From NCBI GenBank assembly GCA_039805465.1, contig JBDLUD010000001.1, positions 3,164 through 67,163 on the forward strand: a DNA stretch of 64,000 nt, written 5' to 3'. How positions within the stretch are numbered: position 1 is the stretch's first letter; each line of letters starts with the position of its first letter. Origin of the DNA: Pseudomonadota bacterium. GTDB taxonomy: Bacteria; Pseudomonadota; Gammaproteobacteria; Burkholderiales; Burkholderiaceae. The position numbers and the translations under genes are program-made. Of this stretch, positions 44,043 to 56,349 are shown piece by piece. The notes below the pieces were generated by a model. That model worked only from the letters and a program-made list of their open reading frames with translations. It did not search any database and was not told the DNA's origin.

Positions 44043-44944
44043 TATTTGGGTGCCGCATTAGAGTTTGAAGACTGGGGTCTGCTGCTCTTCATGAATTTTA
44101 AAAACTCAGAACTTGGATCCATCACCATCAAGTCCTGCTTGGTTTTGAAGCTGTTACGGTAGGCCTCAAGGCTTCTGTAAAACTGGGCAAATTGAGGGTC
44201 ACGATTAAATGCTTCACCATAGAGTGCCGTGGCTCGTGCGTCGCCTTGACCCTTGATTTTTTGAGCATCACGATAAGCTTTGGACAAAATAATGTCACGT
44301 TGACGCTCTGCATCAGCTCTGATTTTTTCAGATTCTGCAGAACCAGTTGAACGCAATTCATTGGCCACGCGCTTGCGCTCTGCTTCCATACGACGGAATA
44401 CAGATTCACTGATCTCTGCCAGCAAATCGATTCTCTTTAAACGTACGTCCACAATTTCAATACCGATGTCTGCAGCTTCTTCAGCCACTTTCTTACGAAT
44501 GTTCTGCATCACTTGCTCGCGCTGCTCAGAAATTAATTCACGAACAGTGCGCTTGGTGAACTCTTCGTTCAAAGCTGACTTGACCAACTGATTCAAGCGA
44601 TCTTGAGCCATACGCTCATCACCTCTGAAGCTGATGAAGAATTTACGAGGCTCAACAATGCGCCACTTCACAAAAGAATCAACCAATAAGTTTTTCTTCT
44701 CAGCCGTGATGAAACGCTCAGCATCCGGGGTATCAATGGTCAAAATACGGCGCTCAAAAAATTGCACGCTTTGGAATGGTGGTGGCAATTTAAATTGCAA
44801 ACCAGGCTCTTCAACCACTCGCTTTAGTTCACCAAAAGCAAACACTGCTGCGTACTGACGTTGATCAACAACAAAAATAGTTGACGATAAAAGACCGATC
44901 AAAATAAAGAGACCAGCAATAATTGGGAAAATTCGATTCATCAT
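44042..44944 (-). CDS. hflC: FtsH modulator HflC
   Basis: N-terminal TM, SPFH domain, [14 protein letters not shown]. Confidence 0.96.
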
Positions 44945-44956
44945 TCTGTTGATCTC

Positions 44957-46297
44957 CTATCGTTCACGACTGCGCAAACCAGAGGTGTCTCTTCTCTCAG
45001 CAGGAACTGCTGGAGGATTCACAATTGGTGAGTTAGGGTTAGGAGATGAAGTATTGGCAGGTGTGTTTGCCATGGTGTTTGAAGTCTGCAACGGTAAAGT
45101 TGCAGTATTCGGCCCCACTTGCTGAATCAACTTATCAAGTGGCAAGTACAGCAAGCTGCCATTGCTTGAGCGTTGATCAACCATGACTTTAGTCACGTTG
45201 TTATAAATTTCTTGCATCGCATCGATGTACATGCGCTCACGAGTTACCTGAGGCACCTTGGCGTATTCAACTTGAATCAATTTGAAACGTGTCGCATCAC
45301 CCTCTGCAGTTGCAGTCACCTTGGCTTTGTAACCCTCAGCTTCTTGCATCAAACGATCAGCAGCACCACGCGCCTTTGGAATGATGTCATTGGCGTAAGC
45401 CTGACCTTCATTTTTCAGGCGTTCACGGTCTTGACCAGCTTTCACAGCATCATCAAATGCTGCTTGAACTTGCTCAGGCGGCTGTACGTTTTGAACAGTC
45501 ACGCTGGTAACAAAAATACCGGCCTTGTAACCATCTAAAATTTTCTGGATAGATGCATTCAAATCAATCGCAAGCTTTTCACGATTTTCATACAAGACAT
45601 TGTCCATCTTGCTCTTACCAACGATTTCACGAACCGCTGTTTCAGCAGATTGAACAACTGCTCCATCTGGATCTTTGTTATTGAACAAATATTCAGACGC
45701 ATCTTTTAAACGATATTGAACAGCAAATTTCACATCAATGATGTTTTCGTCTTCAGTCAACATTGAAGAGTCTTTGAGATTTGATGCTTTGATTAGATTT
45801 GCCCTACCCACTTCAACTGAACGAATAGATGACAGATTCACCACTTCGTGGGATTGAACTGGCCAAGGCATGCGCCAGTTGATACCAGGGCGCGTAGTGT
45901 GACTGTATTTACCGAAATGAAGAACCACGCCAGTTTGACCTTCTTGGATCATGAAAAAGCCGCTGAATACCCAAACCACCACAGCAACCAACACCACGAC
46001 TCCGGCGCCAATACCTGACTTCATTCCGTCACCGCCACCAGTGCCTCTGGATGATGGTGGCTCATTATTGCCACCACCTTGGCGTTTACCTTTGAATAAA
46101 TTATTCAAGCGATTGTTGAAGTCTGTCCACAACTGATCTAAATCAGGTGGGCCATCTTGTTTTTGAGGTTGACGAGGTCTCTCCTCCTGACGAGGTGGTG
46201 TCGCGTCCTTTTCATCACGGCCACGATCAGGGCCTGATTGATGGTTATTGCCCCAACCGGGATCATTAACAGAGAATATTTGTAGTAATTTACGCAT
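44957..46297 (-). CDS. hflK: FtsH modulator HflK
   Basis: NDPGWG, GPPDLDQLW, MLTEDENII, VQAAFDDAVKA. Confidence 0.96.
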   Translation of the reverse strand: MRKLLQIFSVNDPGWGNNHQSGPDRGRDEKDATPPRQEERPRQPQKQDGPPDLDQLWTDFNNRLNNLFKGKRQGGGNNEPPSSRGTGGGDGMKSGIGAGVVVLVAVVVWVFSGFFMIQEGQTGVVLHFGKYSHTTRPGINWRMPWPVQSHEVVNLSSIRSVEVGRANLIKASNLKDSSMLTEDENIIDVKFAVQYRLKDASEYLFNNKDPDGAVVQSAETAVREIVGKSKMDNVLYENREKLAIDLNASIQKILDGYKAGIFVTSVTVQNVQPPEQVQAAFDDAVKAGQDRERLKNEGQAYANDIIPKARGAADRLMQEAEGYKAKVTATAEGDATRFKLIQVEYAKVPQVTRERMYIDAMQEIYNNVTKVMVDQRSSNGSLLYLPLDKLIQQVGPNTATLPLQTSNTMANTPANTSSPNPNSPIVNPPAVPAERRDTSGLRSRER

Positions 46298-47513
46298 CGA
46301 AGGGAGAATACATTCCTGTACGAGTATGAAAAACATCTAACGATTCCCAGCGTTTAACTGGGGCCTGTGGACTTAATTTTGCTACTGAAGGAACCTCATC
46401 TACAGGAGCCTTCATTCTATCAGTGTTCCTTGCGAAATCAGCCAATGTTTGGCGCATCAAATCTAGGCCAATACCCTCTTTCGCAGATATATAGATCGCT
46501 GCTACCTTGCCATTCCTGTCATAACGAACAACTGGTCCTCGCTCCATTAAAGCAGGGACTTGGTCAATTTTATTAACCACAACTAGCTGAGGGGTTTCAT
46601 TGGCACTAATTTCAGCCAAAACCTTATCAACCTCAATCATTTGTTGCTCGCGGTCAAAACTCGACGCATCCACCACGTGAAGCAATAAATCCGCCCTGAC
46701 GGTTTCATCCAAAGTTGCCCTGAAGGCTTCTACCAGCTGATGGGGAAGATCACGAATAAACCCAACCGTATCAGAAATCACCGCATTGCCAATCTCAGGT
46801 AAATAGACCCTTCTTGAGGTGGTATCCAAGGTTGCAAATAATTGGTCTGCGGCATAGGTGCCCGCTTTGGTCAAAGCATTGAACAATGTTGATTTACCAG
46901 CATTGGTATACCCAACCAAAGAAACTGAAAAAACACCGCCTTTTTCTCTTGAGCGTCGCTGAGTAGCCTGTTGCTTTTGTAATTTCTCTAATTCTGCCTG
47001 CAAGCGTTTAGCTTTGTTTTCAAGCATCCTTCGGTCTAATTCCATCTGCGTCTCACCAGGGCCGCCGCGCATACCAATACCGCCTTTTTGGCGCTCCAAG
47101 TGACTCCAAGCTTTGACCAGTCTTGAAACTTGATAGCGAACATTGGCCAGTTGCACCTGGGTCTTACCCACATGGCTTTTAGCTCTTTGGGCAAAAATAT
47201 CCAAAATCAAGCCAGTTCGATCAATCACATGACACTGTAGATGACGTTCTAAATTACGTTGCTGAACTGGTGAAAGAGAGTGATTGAAAATCGCCAACTC
47301 AACTTCATTGGCTTCCATCTGCTCTCTTAATTCTGTGGCTTTACCTGAGCCCATATAAAGCGCTGGATCTGGTTTTGCTCGCTTGGCGATCATGGTCATC
47401 ACAGGCTGTGATCCTGCGCTGGATGCAAGAAGGCCTAACTCGGCCATACTATCTGCAAAGTCAGGTTTACCGCCTGGATCTATCCCAATGAGGGCTGCTT
47501 TAACTGCTTGCAT
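46290..47513 (-). CDS. hflX: GTPase HflX
   Basis: GPGETQMELDRR, GYTNAGKST, DTVGF, NKID. Confidence 0.97.
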   Translation of the reverse strand: MQAVKAALIGIDPGGKPDFADSMAELGLLASSAGSQPVMTMIAKRAKPDPALYMGSGKATELREQMEANEVELAIFNHSLSPVQQRNLERHLQCHVIDRTGLILDIFAQRAKSHVGKTQVQLANVRYQVSRLVKAWSHLERQKGGIGMRGGPGETQMELDRRMLENKAKRLQAELEKLQKQQATQRRSREKGGVFSVSLVGYTNAGKSTLFNALTKAGTYAADQLFATLDTTSRRVYLPEIGNAVISDTVGFIRDLPHQLVEAFRATLDETVRADLLLHVVDASSFDREQQMIEVDKVLAEISANETPQLVVVNKIDQVPALMERGPVVRYDRNGKVAAIYISAKEGIGLDLMRQTLADFARNTDRMKAPVDEVPSVAKLSPQAPVKRWESLDVFHTRTGMYSPFDA

Positions 47514-47519
47514 AAGAAG

Positions 47520-47765
47520 TTAAGCGTCTGGGGTTCCCTCATCCGCACGGAACTCCACAGCTCTTGCAGGAACCACTGTCGAAATGGCATGCTTGTAAAC
47601 CATTTGAGTCACTGTGTTACGCAAAAGAATCACATACTGGTCAAATGATTCAACGTTTCCCTGCAACTTAATACCATTTACCAGGTAAATAGAAACGGGA
47701 ATGTGCTCTTTGCGCAGTGCGTTTAAAAATGGATCTTGTAAAAGTTGGCCTTTATTATTGTTCAT
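47520..47765 (-). CDS. hfq: RNA chaperone Hfq
   Basis: [32 protein letters not shown]. Confidence 0.98.
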   Translation of the reverse strand: MNNNKGQLLQDPFLNALRKEHIPVSIYLVNGIKLQGNVESFDQYVILLRNTVTQMVYKHAISTVVPARAVEFRADEGTPDA

Positions 47766-47884
47766 GCCTGCTCCTTCTTTCTTATTGGTTGTTTGGGAGT
47801 CTTACTCTAGAAATCTAGTCTCAGTTAATTGTTGTTATCAGTTGATTAGCCCTTAGTTTAACTAAGCTATATAAAAAGTGTTCA

Positions 47885-49237
47885 TCACTTCTTTTTCTTA
47901 CCCTTACCCGAGTCAACAAAAGGGTTTTGACCGGTTCTGAATTCAAGCCTCAAAGGGGTGCCGCGCAACTTAAAGGCTTCTCTGAAGCGACCCTCAAGAT
48001 AACGGCGATAACTGTCTGTCACACCACTCAAGGCGTTACCGTGGATCACAACAATTGGAGGGTTTGAGCCACCTTGGTGGGCATAGCGCATCTTAGGGCG
48101 CGACATACCAACACGCTTAGGCTGCTGAAATTCAACCGCCTCTTCCAAAATACGGGTCAGCTTCGGAGTCGGCAATTTAGACATCGCAGCACCGTAAGCG
48201 GCATCCACATCTTTGAATAGTTCTTTGATACCGAAACCTTTGATCGCTGAAATTGGGTGAACGTTGGCAAAGTCTAAGAAACGTAGTTTTCTAGCAATGT
48301 CTGTTCTGGCACGTTCTTTTTGGTAATCATCCATGCCATCCCATTTGTTTACTGCCAACACCAATGCCCGACCCGCATCAACGATAAAGCCTGCGATGTG
48401 AGCATCTTGTTCAGAAATATCTTGCTGAGCATCCAACATCAAAATCACGACGTTGGCATCGGCAATCGCTTGCAAGGTTTTAACCACTGAGAATTTTTCA
48501 ATGGCTTCAAATACTTTGCCGCGCTTACGAAGACCAGCTGTATCAATCATCACATACGGTTTACCGTTCCGTGTAAATGGAACGTCAATCGCATCTCGGG
48601 TTGTACCAGGCATGTCAAATGCAATCACGCGCTCTTCACCAATCAAGGTATTGATGAATGTTGATTTACCAACGTTTGGTCGACCCACCACTGCAATCCG
48701 CATTGGCTTATCTGTTCGATCATCCTCTTCAGGCTCATCAGGTATCCCCAATGCATCGAGAGCATCGTCAATCATGTAGCGAACGCCATCACCATGCGCT
48801 GATGAAATGGCGACAGGCTCACCTAAACCTAATTCAAAGAACTCTGCCGTGACTGTGGCGTGCGCCATGCCTTCAGCCTTATTGACTGCCAAAATAACTG
48901 GACGACCCGTCTTGCGTAAAAAATCCGCAATGACGCGATCTTGAGGTGCCATGCCCAAACGAGCATCCACCAAGAAAATAACCACATCGGCTTCAACCAC
49001 CGCTTGCTTGGTTTGCTTGGCCATTTCAGCCAAGATACCTGTCTTGGCAACCGGCTCAAATCCACCGGTATCAATACAAATGAACTCACGCTCGCCCACA
49101 CGGCCATTGCCGTAATGTCGATCACGCGTTAAGCCAGAAAAATCAGCTACCAACGCATCACGCGAACGCGTCAAGCGATTAAATAGTGTTGATTTACCAA
49201 CGTTTGGTCTGCCAACAATGGCAATAACTGGTTTCAT
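47885..49237 (-). CDS. der: Ribosome biogenesis GTPase Der
   Basis: Two [10 protein letters not shown]-loops and C-terminal KH-like domain. Confidence 0.97.
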   Translation of the reverse strand: MKPVIAIVGRPNVGKSTLFNRLTRSRDALVADFSGLTRDRHYGNGRVGEREFICIDTGGFEPVAKTGILAEMAKQTKQAVVEADVVIFLVDARLGMAPQDRVIADFLRKTGRPVILAVNKAEGMAHATVTAEFFELGLGEPVAISSAHGDGVRYMIDDALDALGIPDEPEEDDRTDKPMRIAVVGRPNVGKSTFINTLIGEERVIAFDMPGTTRDAIDVPFTRNGKPYVMIDTAGLRKRGKVFEAIEKFSVVKTLQAIADANVVILMLDAQQDISEQDAHIAGFIVDAGRALVLAVNKWDGMDDYQKERARTDIARKLRFLDFANVHPISAIKGFGIKELFKDVDAAYGAAMSKLPTPKLTRILEEAVEFQQPKRVGMSRPKMRYAHQGGSNPPIVVIHGNALSGVTDSYRRYLEGRFREAFKLRGTPLRLEFRTGQNPFVDSGKGKKKK

Positions 49238-49304
49238 AAGTTCTTTAAGTTTCTATCTGAACAGGCTTTGTCAATCAAAGCCAAACTCAGATAGATGTGC
49301 GTTT

Positions 49305-50438
49305 TTAATTGGGGCGGTAGGCAGATAAAGTGCCGCCACGAGTTTGGATGATCAACAATCCATTAGCAACAATAGGAGCTGCACTGATACCACTGCTATC
49401 CACTCTTACTCTGGTAATCGCCTGACCACTGTTTTGCTCCAAGAAATGGAGGTAGCCTTGCTTGTCACCCATCACAACCATACGACCAACCGCTAAAGGC
49501 TCACCAAGATCACGCCAAGTCATGGTCTCATTTCGCCAAACTTCAACTCCATCAGCCGCTCGGTATGCAACAACATGAGATTTTTCATCAGCAGCAAATA
49601 CAAAGTCTTCTGATTGAGCAGTACCTGTGTGACTTGAGAAATCTTTAGCCCAGGTTAAGTTGCCACTACTCACATCTCCACAAGCAATTCTTCCCTGAAA
49701 GGCAACAGCACATAAACGACGACCCAACAGAGTTGGTCTAGCTGAAACATCTGTCATGCGCTCAATCTCGGAAAAACCTTTGGGATAAGACAAAGATGTT
49801 TCCCATAAAAGACTGCCTGAGGATAAACCGATCACACCAATCTTGCCGCCAGAAAAACCAGTCACAAAGGCATCCGCCGCAACAGGGACCATCGGGAAAC
49901 TGTTTCTGAGTGCCAGCGCTATTTGCGGGCGCACATAAGACCAGCGACGCTTACCTGTTTTGGCATCTAAACCAATAAAGCGATTATCAATGGTACGAAT
50001 AACTGCCACACCGCCCAATACAAGCGGCTCAGTTAAAACGTCGCTACCAACCTTTTCTTCCCAAATTTTTTGACCGGTTGAATCATAGGCAAACACAAGA
50101 CCCTTAGTTGAACCAACCACAACAACATTGCCATCACTACCAGGACCTGATGAAATATCTGAAGGAGCTCTTACCTGCCATACAGCTTTACCAGTCAGAA
50201 CTTCAATTTTTGAAATCGTGCCATTACCTGATGAAGTGTATAAATAATCTCCAACCAAAACAGGTCGCATCACGAAAGTATCTGATTTACCAACGCTTGT
50301 AGACCATACAGAAGTAACAGAAATTTTGTCATCAACTTTTGTCAATGAGGCAGGCTCACGCTTTTTAACACTGGAGCATGAGGCTAAAAAACTGATGGCC
50401 AAAAAAGCGCAAGCAAGCTTAGGTAGAGATTTAGTCAT
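49305..50438 (-). CDS. bamB: Outer membrane assembly lipoprotein BamB
   Basis: Lipobox FLASC, PQQ-like propeller repeats, position between yfgM and der. Confidence 0.9.
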   Translation of the reverse strand: MTKSLPKLACAFLAISFLASCSSVKKREPASLTKVDDKISVTSVWSTSVGKSDTFVMRPVLVGDYLYTSSGNGTISKIEVLTGKAVWQVRAPSDISSGPGSDGNVVVVGSTKGLVFAYDSTGQKIWEEKVGSDVLTEPLVLGGVAVIRTIDNRFIGLDAKTGKRRWSYVRPQIALALRNSFPMVPVAADAFVTGFSGGKIGVIGLSSGSLLWETSLSYPKGFSEIERMTDVSARPTLLGRRLCAVAFQGRIACGDVSSGNLTWAKDFSSHTGTAQSEDFVFAADEKSHVVAYRAADGVEVWRNETMTWRDLGEPLAVGRMVVMGDKQGYLHFLEQNSGQAITRVRVDSSGISAAPIVANGLLIIQTRGGTLSAYRPN

Positions 50439-51082
50439 CAAAGACCTCCAACAGCATCTAATTTAATTTTCAATAAACGTTTTGATTCATCCGCAGCGTC
50501 TGGATTCTTTATCAATTTACCCCAAGCCTGCTGATAAAGTTGTCGAGCTTCAACTGTTTTTTTCTGGGCAAACTGAACATCGCCACGTCTCTCAAGCAAC
50601 AATGGCTCAAAAGCAGTTGATACGGATCCACTGGCTACTTTTTCAGCTTCTGCAAAATCAGGCTTATCAATTAACAAAGAAACTAAGCGCGCTCTGGCAA
50701 CATCACGGTGCGCATCTGATGAAGCCTTGGACATGGTCCAACGCAACTGTTGCTCAGCTGCGCTCATATCACCTGAGATATTAGCCATTTGGGCTGCAAC
50801 CAACCCAGCCATGCCAGCATAACTGGTTGAAGAATATTGATCTTGTAAATCTTTAGACGCTCTTAGAACTCCGGGGACATCTTGCTTTTGAGCAGATACC
50901 AATAAAGTGTCATAAAGCTTGCTTGCAGCAAGAGAAGACCGGTTTTGCCACCAATTCCAAGCAGTGAATGAAACATAAGAAAGCAGAATAAGGATGAGTA
51001 TTGCAATCAACCATTTGCCGTATTGCTTCCACCAAGCCTTAAATTCAGCTAATTGTTCTTGTTCTTCTAAATTGAAATGCAT
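50438..51082 (-). CDS. yfgM: Ancillary SecYEG translocon subunit / TPR protein
   Basis: LEEQEQLAEFKAWWKQYG, single TM, TPR-like helices. Confidence 0.9.
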   Translation of the reverse strand: MHFNLEEQEQLAEFKAWWKQYGKWLIAILILILLSYVSFTAWNWWQNRSSLAASKLYDTLLVSAQKQDVPGVLRASKDLQDQYSSTSYAGMAGLVAAQMANISGDMSAAEQQLRWTMSKASSDAHRDVARARLVSLLIDKPDFAEAEKVASGSVSTAFEPLLLERRGDVQFAQKKTVEARQLYQQAWGKLIKNPDAADESKRLLKIKLDAVGGL

Positions 51083-51092
51083 AGTTACTCTC

Positions 51093-52442
51093 TTATTCTG
51101 AAGTGCTTACTAGTTGATTGATGACTTCATCAATCAAATTATCCATTGAGACTGTGATTTGCTGTCCATCGCGACGTAAATCTTTTAACTGAACTTGATT
51201 GGCAGCTAGCTCATCAGGTCCAATAATAATCGCATATGAAGCGCCGCTGGCATCTGCTTTCTTCATTTGCGACTTAAAGCTGGAAGCTTCACCATCTGGG
51301 GAGCAGTGCAAGATGACCTCTAGACCAGCACTGCGCAGACGTTCAGCCAAGATAAAAGCTGGCTCCAGTGTTTCACCAGCCTGGTGCAACACATAAATAT
51401 CGCACCCCGCCTCTAAATCGCTGGTCAAGCCCTGCTCTTTCATTAACTCAATCACGCGTTCCATGCCCATGGCCCAACCACATGCCGGGGCAGCTTTACC
51501 ACCCATTTGAGCTATCAAAGGATCGTAGCGACCACCACCGGCCACAGTTCCCTGCGAACCCAACTCAGTGGTGACCCACTCAAATACAGTCAAGTTGTAG
51601 TAATCCAAACCTCTGACCAAACGGGGGTTGATCGTAAAAGGCAAATTATTCGCTTTTAGTAACTTTTGCACGCCCTCGAAATGCTTGAGAGATTCTTCTC
51701 CCAAATAGTTCAATATTTGAGGGGCTGATTCAATAATGGCTTTCATCGCAGGATTCTTGCTATCAAGAATCCGCAAAGGGTTTGACCCCAAACGTCTCTT
51801 TGAATCATCATCTAGCTCAGCTTCGTGCTTTTTAAAATGTTCAACCAAAGCATCGCGATGCGCTGAACGCTCATTGGCTTGACCCAGCGAATTCAACTCC
51901 AGCTTAATGCCTGATAGACCCAAGTCATCCCATAAACGCTGGCACATCAAAATAATTTCAGCATCGATATCAGGGCCAGCAAAACCAAGGGCTTCGATGC
52001 CTAACTGGTGAAATTGTCTGTAACGACCGCGCTGTGGACGCTCATGTCTGAACATCGGGCCTGTGTACCAAAGACGCTTTGGACCTTCATAAAGCATGTT
52101 GTGCTCAATCACAGCTCGCACAGCGGCTGCTGTTCCTTCAGGTCTTAAGGTCAGCTGCTCACCATTGAGACCATCTTCAAAGGAGTACATTTCTTTTTCA
52201 ACAATGTCAGTCACTTCACCAATGCCGCGTTTAAAAAGAGCTGTTTGCTCAACAATGGGAGTGCGAATTTGTTGATAACCATAGGCTCTCACCAAACTCT
52301 GAATAGATTGCTCTAAATGAGCCCAAAGTGGGGCCTCTGCGGGAAGCATGTCATTCATGCCACGCACACCAGTGATTTTATTTTGCTTGTTCTGGCTCAC
52401 TTGTTTTTCTTGGCCTTTTTCTTGATTATTTTCTTGGCTCAT
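51093..52442 (-). CDS. hisS: Histidyl-tRNA synthetase
   Basis: [34 protein letters not shown]. Confidence 0.98.
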   Translation of the reverse strand: MSQENNQEKGQEKQVSQNKQNKITGVRGMNDMLPAEAPLWAHLEQSIQSLVRAYGYQQIRTPIVEQTALFKRGIGEVTDIVEKEMYSFEDGLNGEQLTLRPEGTAAAVRAVIEHNMLYEGPKRLWYTGPMFRHERPQRGRYRQFHQLGIEALGFAGPDIDAEIILMCQRLWDDLGLSGIKLELNSLGQANERSAHRDALVEHFKKHEAELDDDSKRRLGSNPLRILDSKNPAMKAIIESAPQILNYLGEESLKHFEGVQKLLKANNLPFTINPRLVRGLDYYNLTVFEWVTTELGSQGTVAGGGRYDPLIAQMGGKAAPACGWAMGMERVIELMKEQGLTSDLEAGCDIYVLHQAGETLEPAFILAERLRSAGLEVILHCSPDGEASSFKSQMKKADASGASYAIIIGPDELAANQVQLKDLRRDGQQITVSMDNLIDEVINQLVSTSE

Positions 52443-52446
52443 ACTC

Positions 52447-53703
52447 TTACCCACTCACTTTGTTCTGATATGTATTCTTAACATATTCATCAACAATCAA
52501 TTGAAACTCTTCTGCAATCTTGTCACCACGCAAAGTTTTAACTTTGACTCCATCAACAAACACAGGAGCCGCTGGAGATTCTCCAGTACCTGGCAATGAA
52601 ATGCCAATGTTGGCATGTTTGCTCTCACCCGGGCCATTCACAATACAACCCATCACTGCGACGTTCATCGACTCAACCCCTGGGTGATGCTTCTTCCAGA
52701 TAGGCATTTGATGGCGTAAATACGATTGAATGCGTGAGGCCAACTCTTGAAAATAAGTGCTGGTGGTGCGACCACAACCTGGGCAAGCAATCACCATCGG
52801 TGTGAAATGACGCAAGCCCATGGTTTGCAAAATCTCTTGAGCCACAATCACTTCATTCTCTCTAGGCGCTCCTGGTTCAGGTGTCAATGAAATACGGATG
52901 GTGTCACCAATACCCTCTTGCAATAAGACCGAAAGCGCAGCAGTTGAAGCAACGATTCCTTTACTTCCAATACCTGCCTCAGTAAGACCTAAATGCAATG
53001 GGTAGTCACAACGCACCGCAAGATCTCGGTAGACAGAAATTAAATCTTGAACATTGCTCACCTTGCAAGACAAAGTGATTTGATTGCTTGGTAAACCTAA
53101 CTCTTGCGCTCTTTCTGCAGATTGCAAAGCAGATTGAATCAAAGCCTCAGCCATCACTTGGTTCAACTCCTTAGGAGTTGCACTCGCGGCATTTTGATCC
53201 AATAGTTTTGCCAGTAAGTCTTGATCAAGACTGCCCCAGTTCACGCCAATACGAATTGGCTTTTTGTACTGACAAGCCATCTCAATCATTTGTGAGAACT
53301 GAACATCGCGCTTTGCACCTTGACCCACATTGCCTGGATTGATACGGTACTTTGATAAAGCTTGCGCACAGTCAGGGTAATCTTTTAAAAGGGTGTGACC
53401 GTTGTAATGAAAGTCGCCCACCAATGGAACATAAACTTCCATTTTGTCGAGCTGCTCACGAATCGCAGGAACTGCAGCAGCGGCTGCTGGGGTGTCGACC
53501 GTGATGCGAACAATTTCTGAGCCAGCTTTGGCCAACTCTTTTACCTGGATGGCTGTAGCAATCGCATCGGCCGTATCGGTATTTGTCATAGACTGCACGC
53601 GCACAGGAGCATCGCCGCCCACCGTGACAACTTGACCAGCCCATTCAATGATGGACTGCTGACTGACTCTTCTTTTTATTGGTGAAGTCGGACTCGAACT
53701 CAT
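52447..53703 (-). CDS. ispG: HMBPP synthase
   Basis: [37 protein letters not shown]. Confidence 0.97.
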   Translation of the reverse strand: MSSSPTSPIKRRVSQQSIIEWAGQVVTVGGDAPVRVQSMTNTDTADAIATAIQVKELAKAGSEIVRITVDTPAAAAAVPAIREQLDKMEVYVPLVGDFHYNGHTLLKDYPDCAQALSKYRINPGNVGQGAKRDVQFSQMIEMACQYKKPIRIGVNWGSLDQDLLAKLLDQNAASATPKELNQVMAEALIQSALQSAERAQELGLPSNQITLSCKVSNVQDLISVYRDLAVRCDYPLHLGLTEAGIGSKGIVASTAALSVLLQEGIGDTIRISLTPEPGAPRENEVIVAQEILQTMGLRHFTPMVIACPGCGRTTSTYFQELASRIQSYLRHQMPIWKKHHPGVESMNVAVMGCIVNGPGESKHANIGISLPGTGESPAAPVFVDGVKVKTLRGDKIAEEFQLIVDEYVKNTYQNKVSG

Positions 53704-54860
53704 TAGCGAGTGACTCCTTTATCAAACTTAACCACCTGCATTCTTTGTTTTACATTGGTACGGTCTTTGACATCGCCAGCCAATTGACCGCAGGCTGCAG
53801 CAATATCATCGCCACGTGTTTTACGTACAGTGGTAATGATTCCAGCATCCATGAGGTGCTTGGCAAAATCTTGCACACGCGCAGGACTGGATTTCTTTAA
53901 GCCAGAATCAGGAAAAGGATTGAATGGAATCAAATTTAATTTGCACGGTATTTTCTTCAGCAAATCAACCAACTCTTTAGCATGTTGATCAGAATCATTA
54001 ACGCCATCTAACATGCAATATTCAAACGTTAAAAAATCTCGCGGAGCAAACGGCAAGTAACGCATACAAGCTGCCATCAACTCTTTTAACGGATATTTTT
54101 TGTTGATAGGCACCAGTTCATCACGCAGTGCGTCATTGGGTGCATGCAAAGAAACAGCCAATGCCACCGGTAAGTCATTCGCCAAACGATCCATCATGGG
54201 AACAACGCCGGAAGTGGACAAAGTCACTCGGCGACGAGACAAGCCATAAGCGTTGTCACTCAACATCAAACGCATCGCACCAACCACAGGTTCATAGTTG
54301 AGCAAAGGCTCACCCATGCCCATCATCACCACGTTGGAGATAACTCTGCCTTCATGCTCATCAAGCGGCGTGCCATCGTAACTATCGATTCGTTTGATTG
54401 CGCCAGGTTCTTTGCGCAAAGTGTGCTCGGCCATCCAAAGTTGACCAATGATTTCACCGAGCGTGAGATTTCTTGAGAAGCCCTGCTTGCCTGTAGAACA
54501 AAAACTACAGTTCACCGCACAGCCTGCCTGAGACGAAATGCACAAGGTGCCTCGATCATCCTCAGGGATGTATACCATTTCTACTGCATTGCCATCAGCA
54601 ACATCTAGTAACCATTTACGGGTGCCATCGGCTGCTTGCTGATCACTGATAACTGGTAGAGCTGATACACAAGCTTTTTCAGCGAGCGTGGCTCTGAAGG
54701 TTTTGGCCAAATCACTCATTTGAGCGATATCAGCCTCACCGCGCTGATGAACCCAGCGCATCAACTGTTGAGCACGAAACGGTTTCTCCTGGAGGGACGC
54801 GATGTAATCGCTCATTCCCTCAGGATCAAAGTTCAGTAAGTTGATGCGTGAGTCAATCAA
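53703..54860 (-). CDS. rlmN: Dual-specificity RNA methyltransferase RlmN
   Basis: CAVNCSFC radical-SAM motif, MGMGEP, AACGQL. Confidence 0.97.
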   Translation of the reverse strand: MIDSRINLLNFDPEGMSDYIASLQEKPFRAQQLMRWVHQRGEADIAQMSDLAKTFRATLAEKACVSALPVISDQQAADGTRKWLLDVADGNAVEMVYIPEDDRGTLCISSQAGCAVNCSFCSTGKQGFSRNLTLGEIIGQLWMAEHTLRKEPGAIKRIDSYDGTPLDEHEGRVISNVVMMGMGEPLLNYEPVVGAMRLMLSDNAYGLSRRRVTLSTSGVVPMMDRLANDLPVALAVSLHAPNDALRDELVPINKKYPLKELMAACMRYLPFAPRDFLTFEYCMLDGVNDSDQHAKELVDLLKKIPCKLNLIPFNPFPDSGLKKSSPARVQDFAKHLMDAGIITTVRKTRGDDIAAACGQLAGDVKDRTNVKQRMQVVKFDKGVTR

Positions 54861-54869
54861 TGGGATGAA

Positions 54870-55295
54870 TTAACGTGAGAAAACTTGCATGCCTGGGAAG
54901 AAAAATGCAATTTCAACCGCAGCTGTTTCAGGAGCATCTGAACCGTGTACTGCATTCGCATCAATGCTGTCAGCAAAGTCAGCACGAATCGTACCTTTGT
55001 CAGCCTTCTTAGGATCTGTTGCACCCATCAATTCACGGTTCTTAGCAATGGCGTTCTCACCTTGCAAAGCTTGAATCATCACTGGGCCTGAAATCATGAA
55101 ATCAACCAAGTCTTTGAAGAAAGGACGCTCTTTGTGAACACCGTAGAACTGCTCAGCTTCTTGACGTGAAAGATGGGCCATCTTGGCAGCAACAACTTTC
55201 AAGCCAGCAGACTCAAAACGAGCGTAAATTTGACCAATAACGTTCTTCGCTACTGCATCAGGTTTGATAATAGAAAGGGTGCGCTCAATTGCCAT
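54870..55295 (-). CDS. ndk: Nucleoside diphosphate kinase
   Basis: [19 protein letters not shown]. Confidence 0.98.
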   Translation of the reverse strand: MAIERTLSIIKPDAVAKNVIGQIYARFESAGLKVVAAKMAHLSRQEAEQFYGVHKERPFFKDLVDFMISGPVMIQALQGENAIAKNRELMGATDPKKADKGTIRADFADSIDANAVHGSDAPETAAVEIAFFFPGMQVFSR

Positions 55296-55480
55296 GAATA
55301 AACTCCATTGATAGATAGATTAAAAACCCCAAATTATACAGTGTTCATGAGGGATTTCCCGAGTACGAAATAGCTAAAAGCGTTGATTTTTAAGGAAAAG
55401 TCCTGAAATCAAGTGGCTAAAATGGGGCTGAAACAGCAAAAAAGCATAAAAACACCCCTATTCGGCTATCAACAATCGAA

Positions 55481-55514
55481 TTCCCCCTTGAAATTCATGG
55501 GAAATGGCTATACT
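55481..55514 (+). promoter_or_regulatory. Possible sigma32-type promoter of yccA
   Basis: TTCCCCCTTGAA (55481-55492), 13-nt spacer, GGCTATACT. Confidence 0.4.
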
Positions 55515-55567
55515 TAGTACACGAGTCCAGTGGTGGACGAGTCATGTTTACACATAAAGGAGTATCA

Positions 55568-56269
55568 ATGAGCGATTTAAACACTTATGGTTTTGGAAAT
55601 AGCGGCGCTACATCCAGCGTTCAGGTCCGCAACCGGGTGTTGCGTAACACCTACGCACTTTTAGCTTTATCAATGGTGCCTACAGTTTTAGGCGCATGGA
55701 TTGGTGTTGCGACAGGTTTTTCACTCTTTGCTGGAAGCCCTTTCATTGGCTTGATCGCATTTTTTGCGATCGCATTCGGTTTTTTCTGGGCAATTGAAAA
55801 GAACAAAGACTCTGGTCTAGGTGTTGTTCTATTGCTAGGCTTCACATTCTTCATGGGTCTGATGCTTTCACGCTTGATTGGTTCAATCCTCGGATTTAGC
55901 AATGGCGCAAGCCTGATCATGACCGCCTTCGGTGGCACGGCTGTGATTTTTGCTGGTATGGCGAGCTTGGCTGGCACTATCAAGAAAGACTTGTCACAAG
56001 GTCTTGGCAAATGGTTATTCATTGGCGTGATTTTATTGATTCTTGCTTCAGTAGCTAACATCTGGCTTCAAATGCCTGCTTTGATGCTCACAATCAGCGT
56101 TGTAGCGATTGCGATCTTCTCAGCATTCATTTTGGTGGATGTTCAGCGCGTGATCAACGGTGGTGAAACAAACTACGTGGTGGCAACTTTGAGTATCTAC
56201 CTCAGTGTTTACAACGTGTTTAGCAACTTGCTAGCATTGTTGGGCATTTTTGGTGGTGACCGCGAGTAA
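55568..56269 (+). CDS. yccA: Bax inhibitor-1/YccA family membrane protein
   Basis: NRVLRNTYALL, seven TM helices, GGETNYV.AT; SD AAGGAG before ATG 55568. Confidence 0.92.
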   Translation: MSDLNTYGFGNSGATSSVQVRNRVLRNTYALLALSMVPTVLGAWIGVATGFSLFAGSPFIGLIAFFAIAFGFFWAIEKNKDSGLGVVLLLGFTFFMGLMLSRLIGSILGFSNGASLIMTAFGGTAVIFAGMASLAGTIKKDLSQGLGKWLFIGVILLILASVANIWLQMPALMLTISVVAIAIFSAFILVDVQRVINGGETNYVVATLSIYLSVYNVFSNLLALLGIFGGDRE

Positions 56270-56285
56270 CCCGCATTGCAAAAAT

Positions 56286-56312
56286 AAAAGGCCAGCATTG
56301 CTGGCCTTTTTT
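56286..56312. terminator. Bidirectional terminator between yccA and rlmD
   Basis: AAAAGGCCAGC-ATT-GCTGGCCTTTTTT. Confidence 0.9.
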
Positions 56313-56349
56313 ATTGCTCGTTATTTGGAATAATCAAGGCAATAAAGAA

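Noticed and set aside
48659-49209. Exact 23-nt repeat TGTTGATTTACCAACGTTTGGTC at 48659-48681 and 49187-49209
   Set aside because: Encodes the two RPNVGKST P-loops of Der; explained by protein constraint and codon bias.
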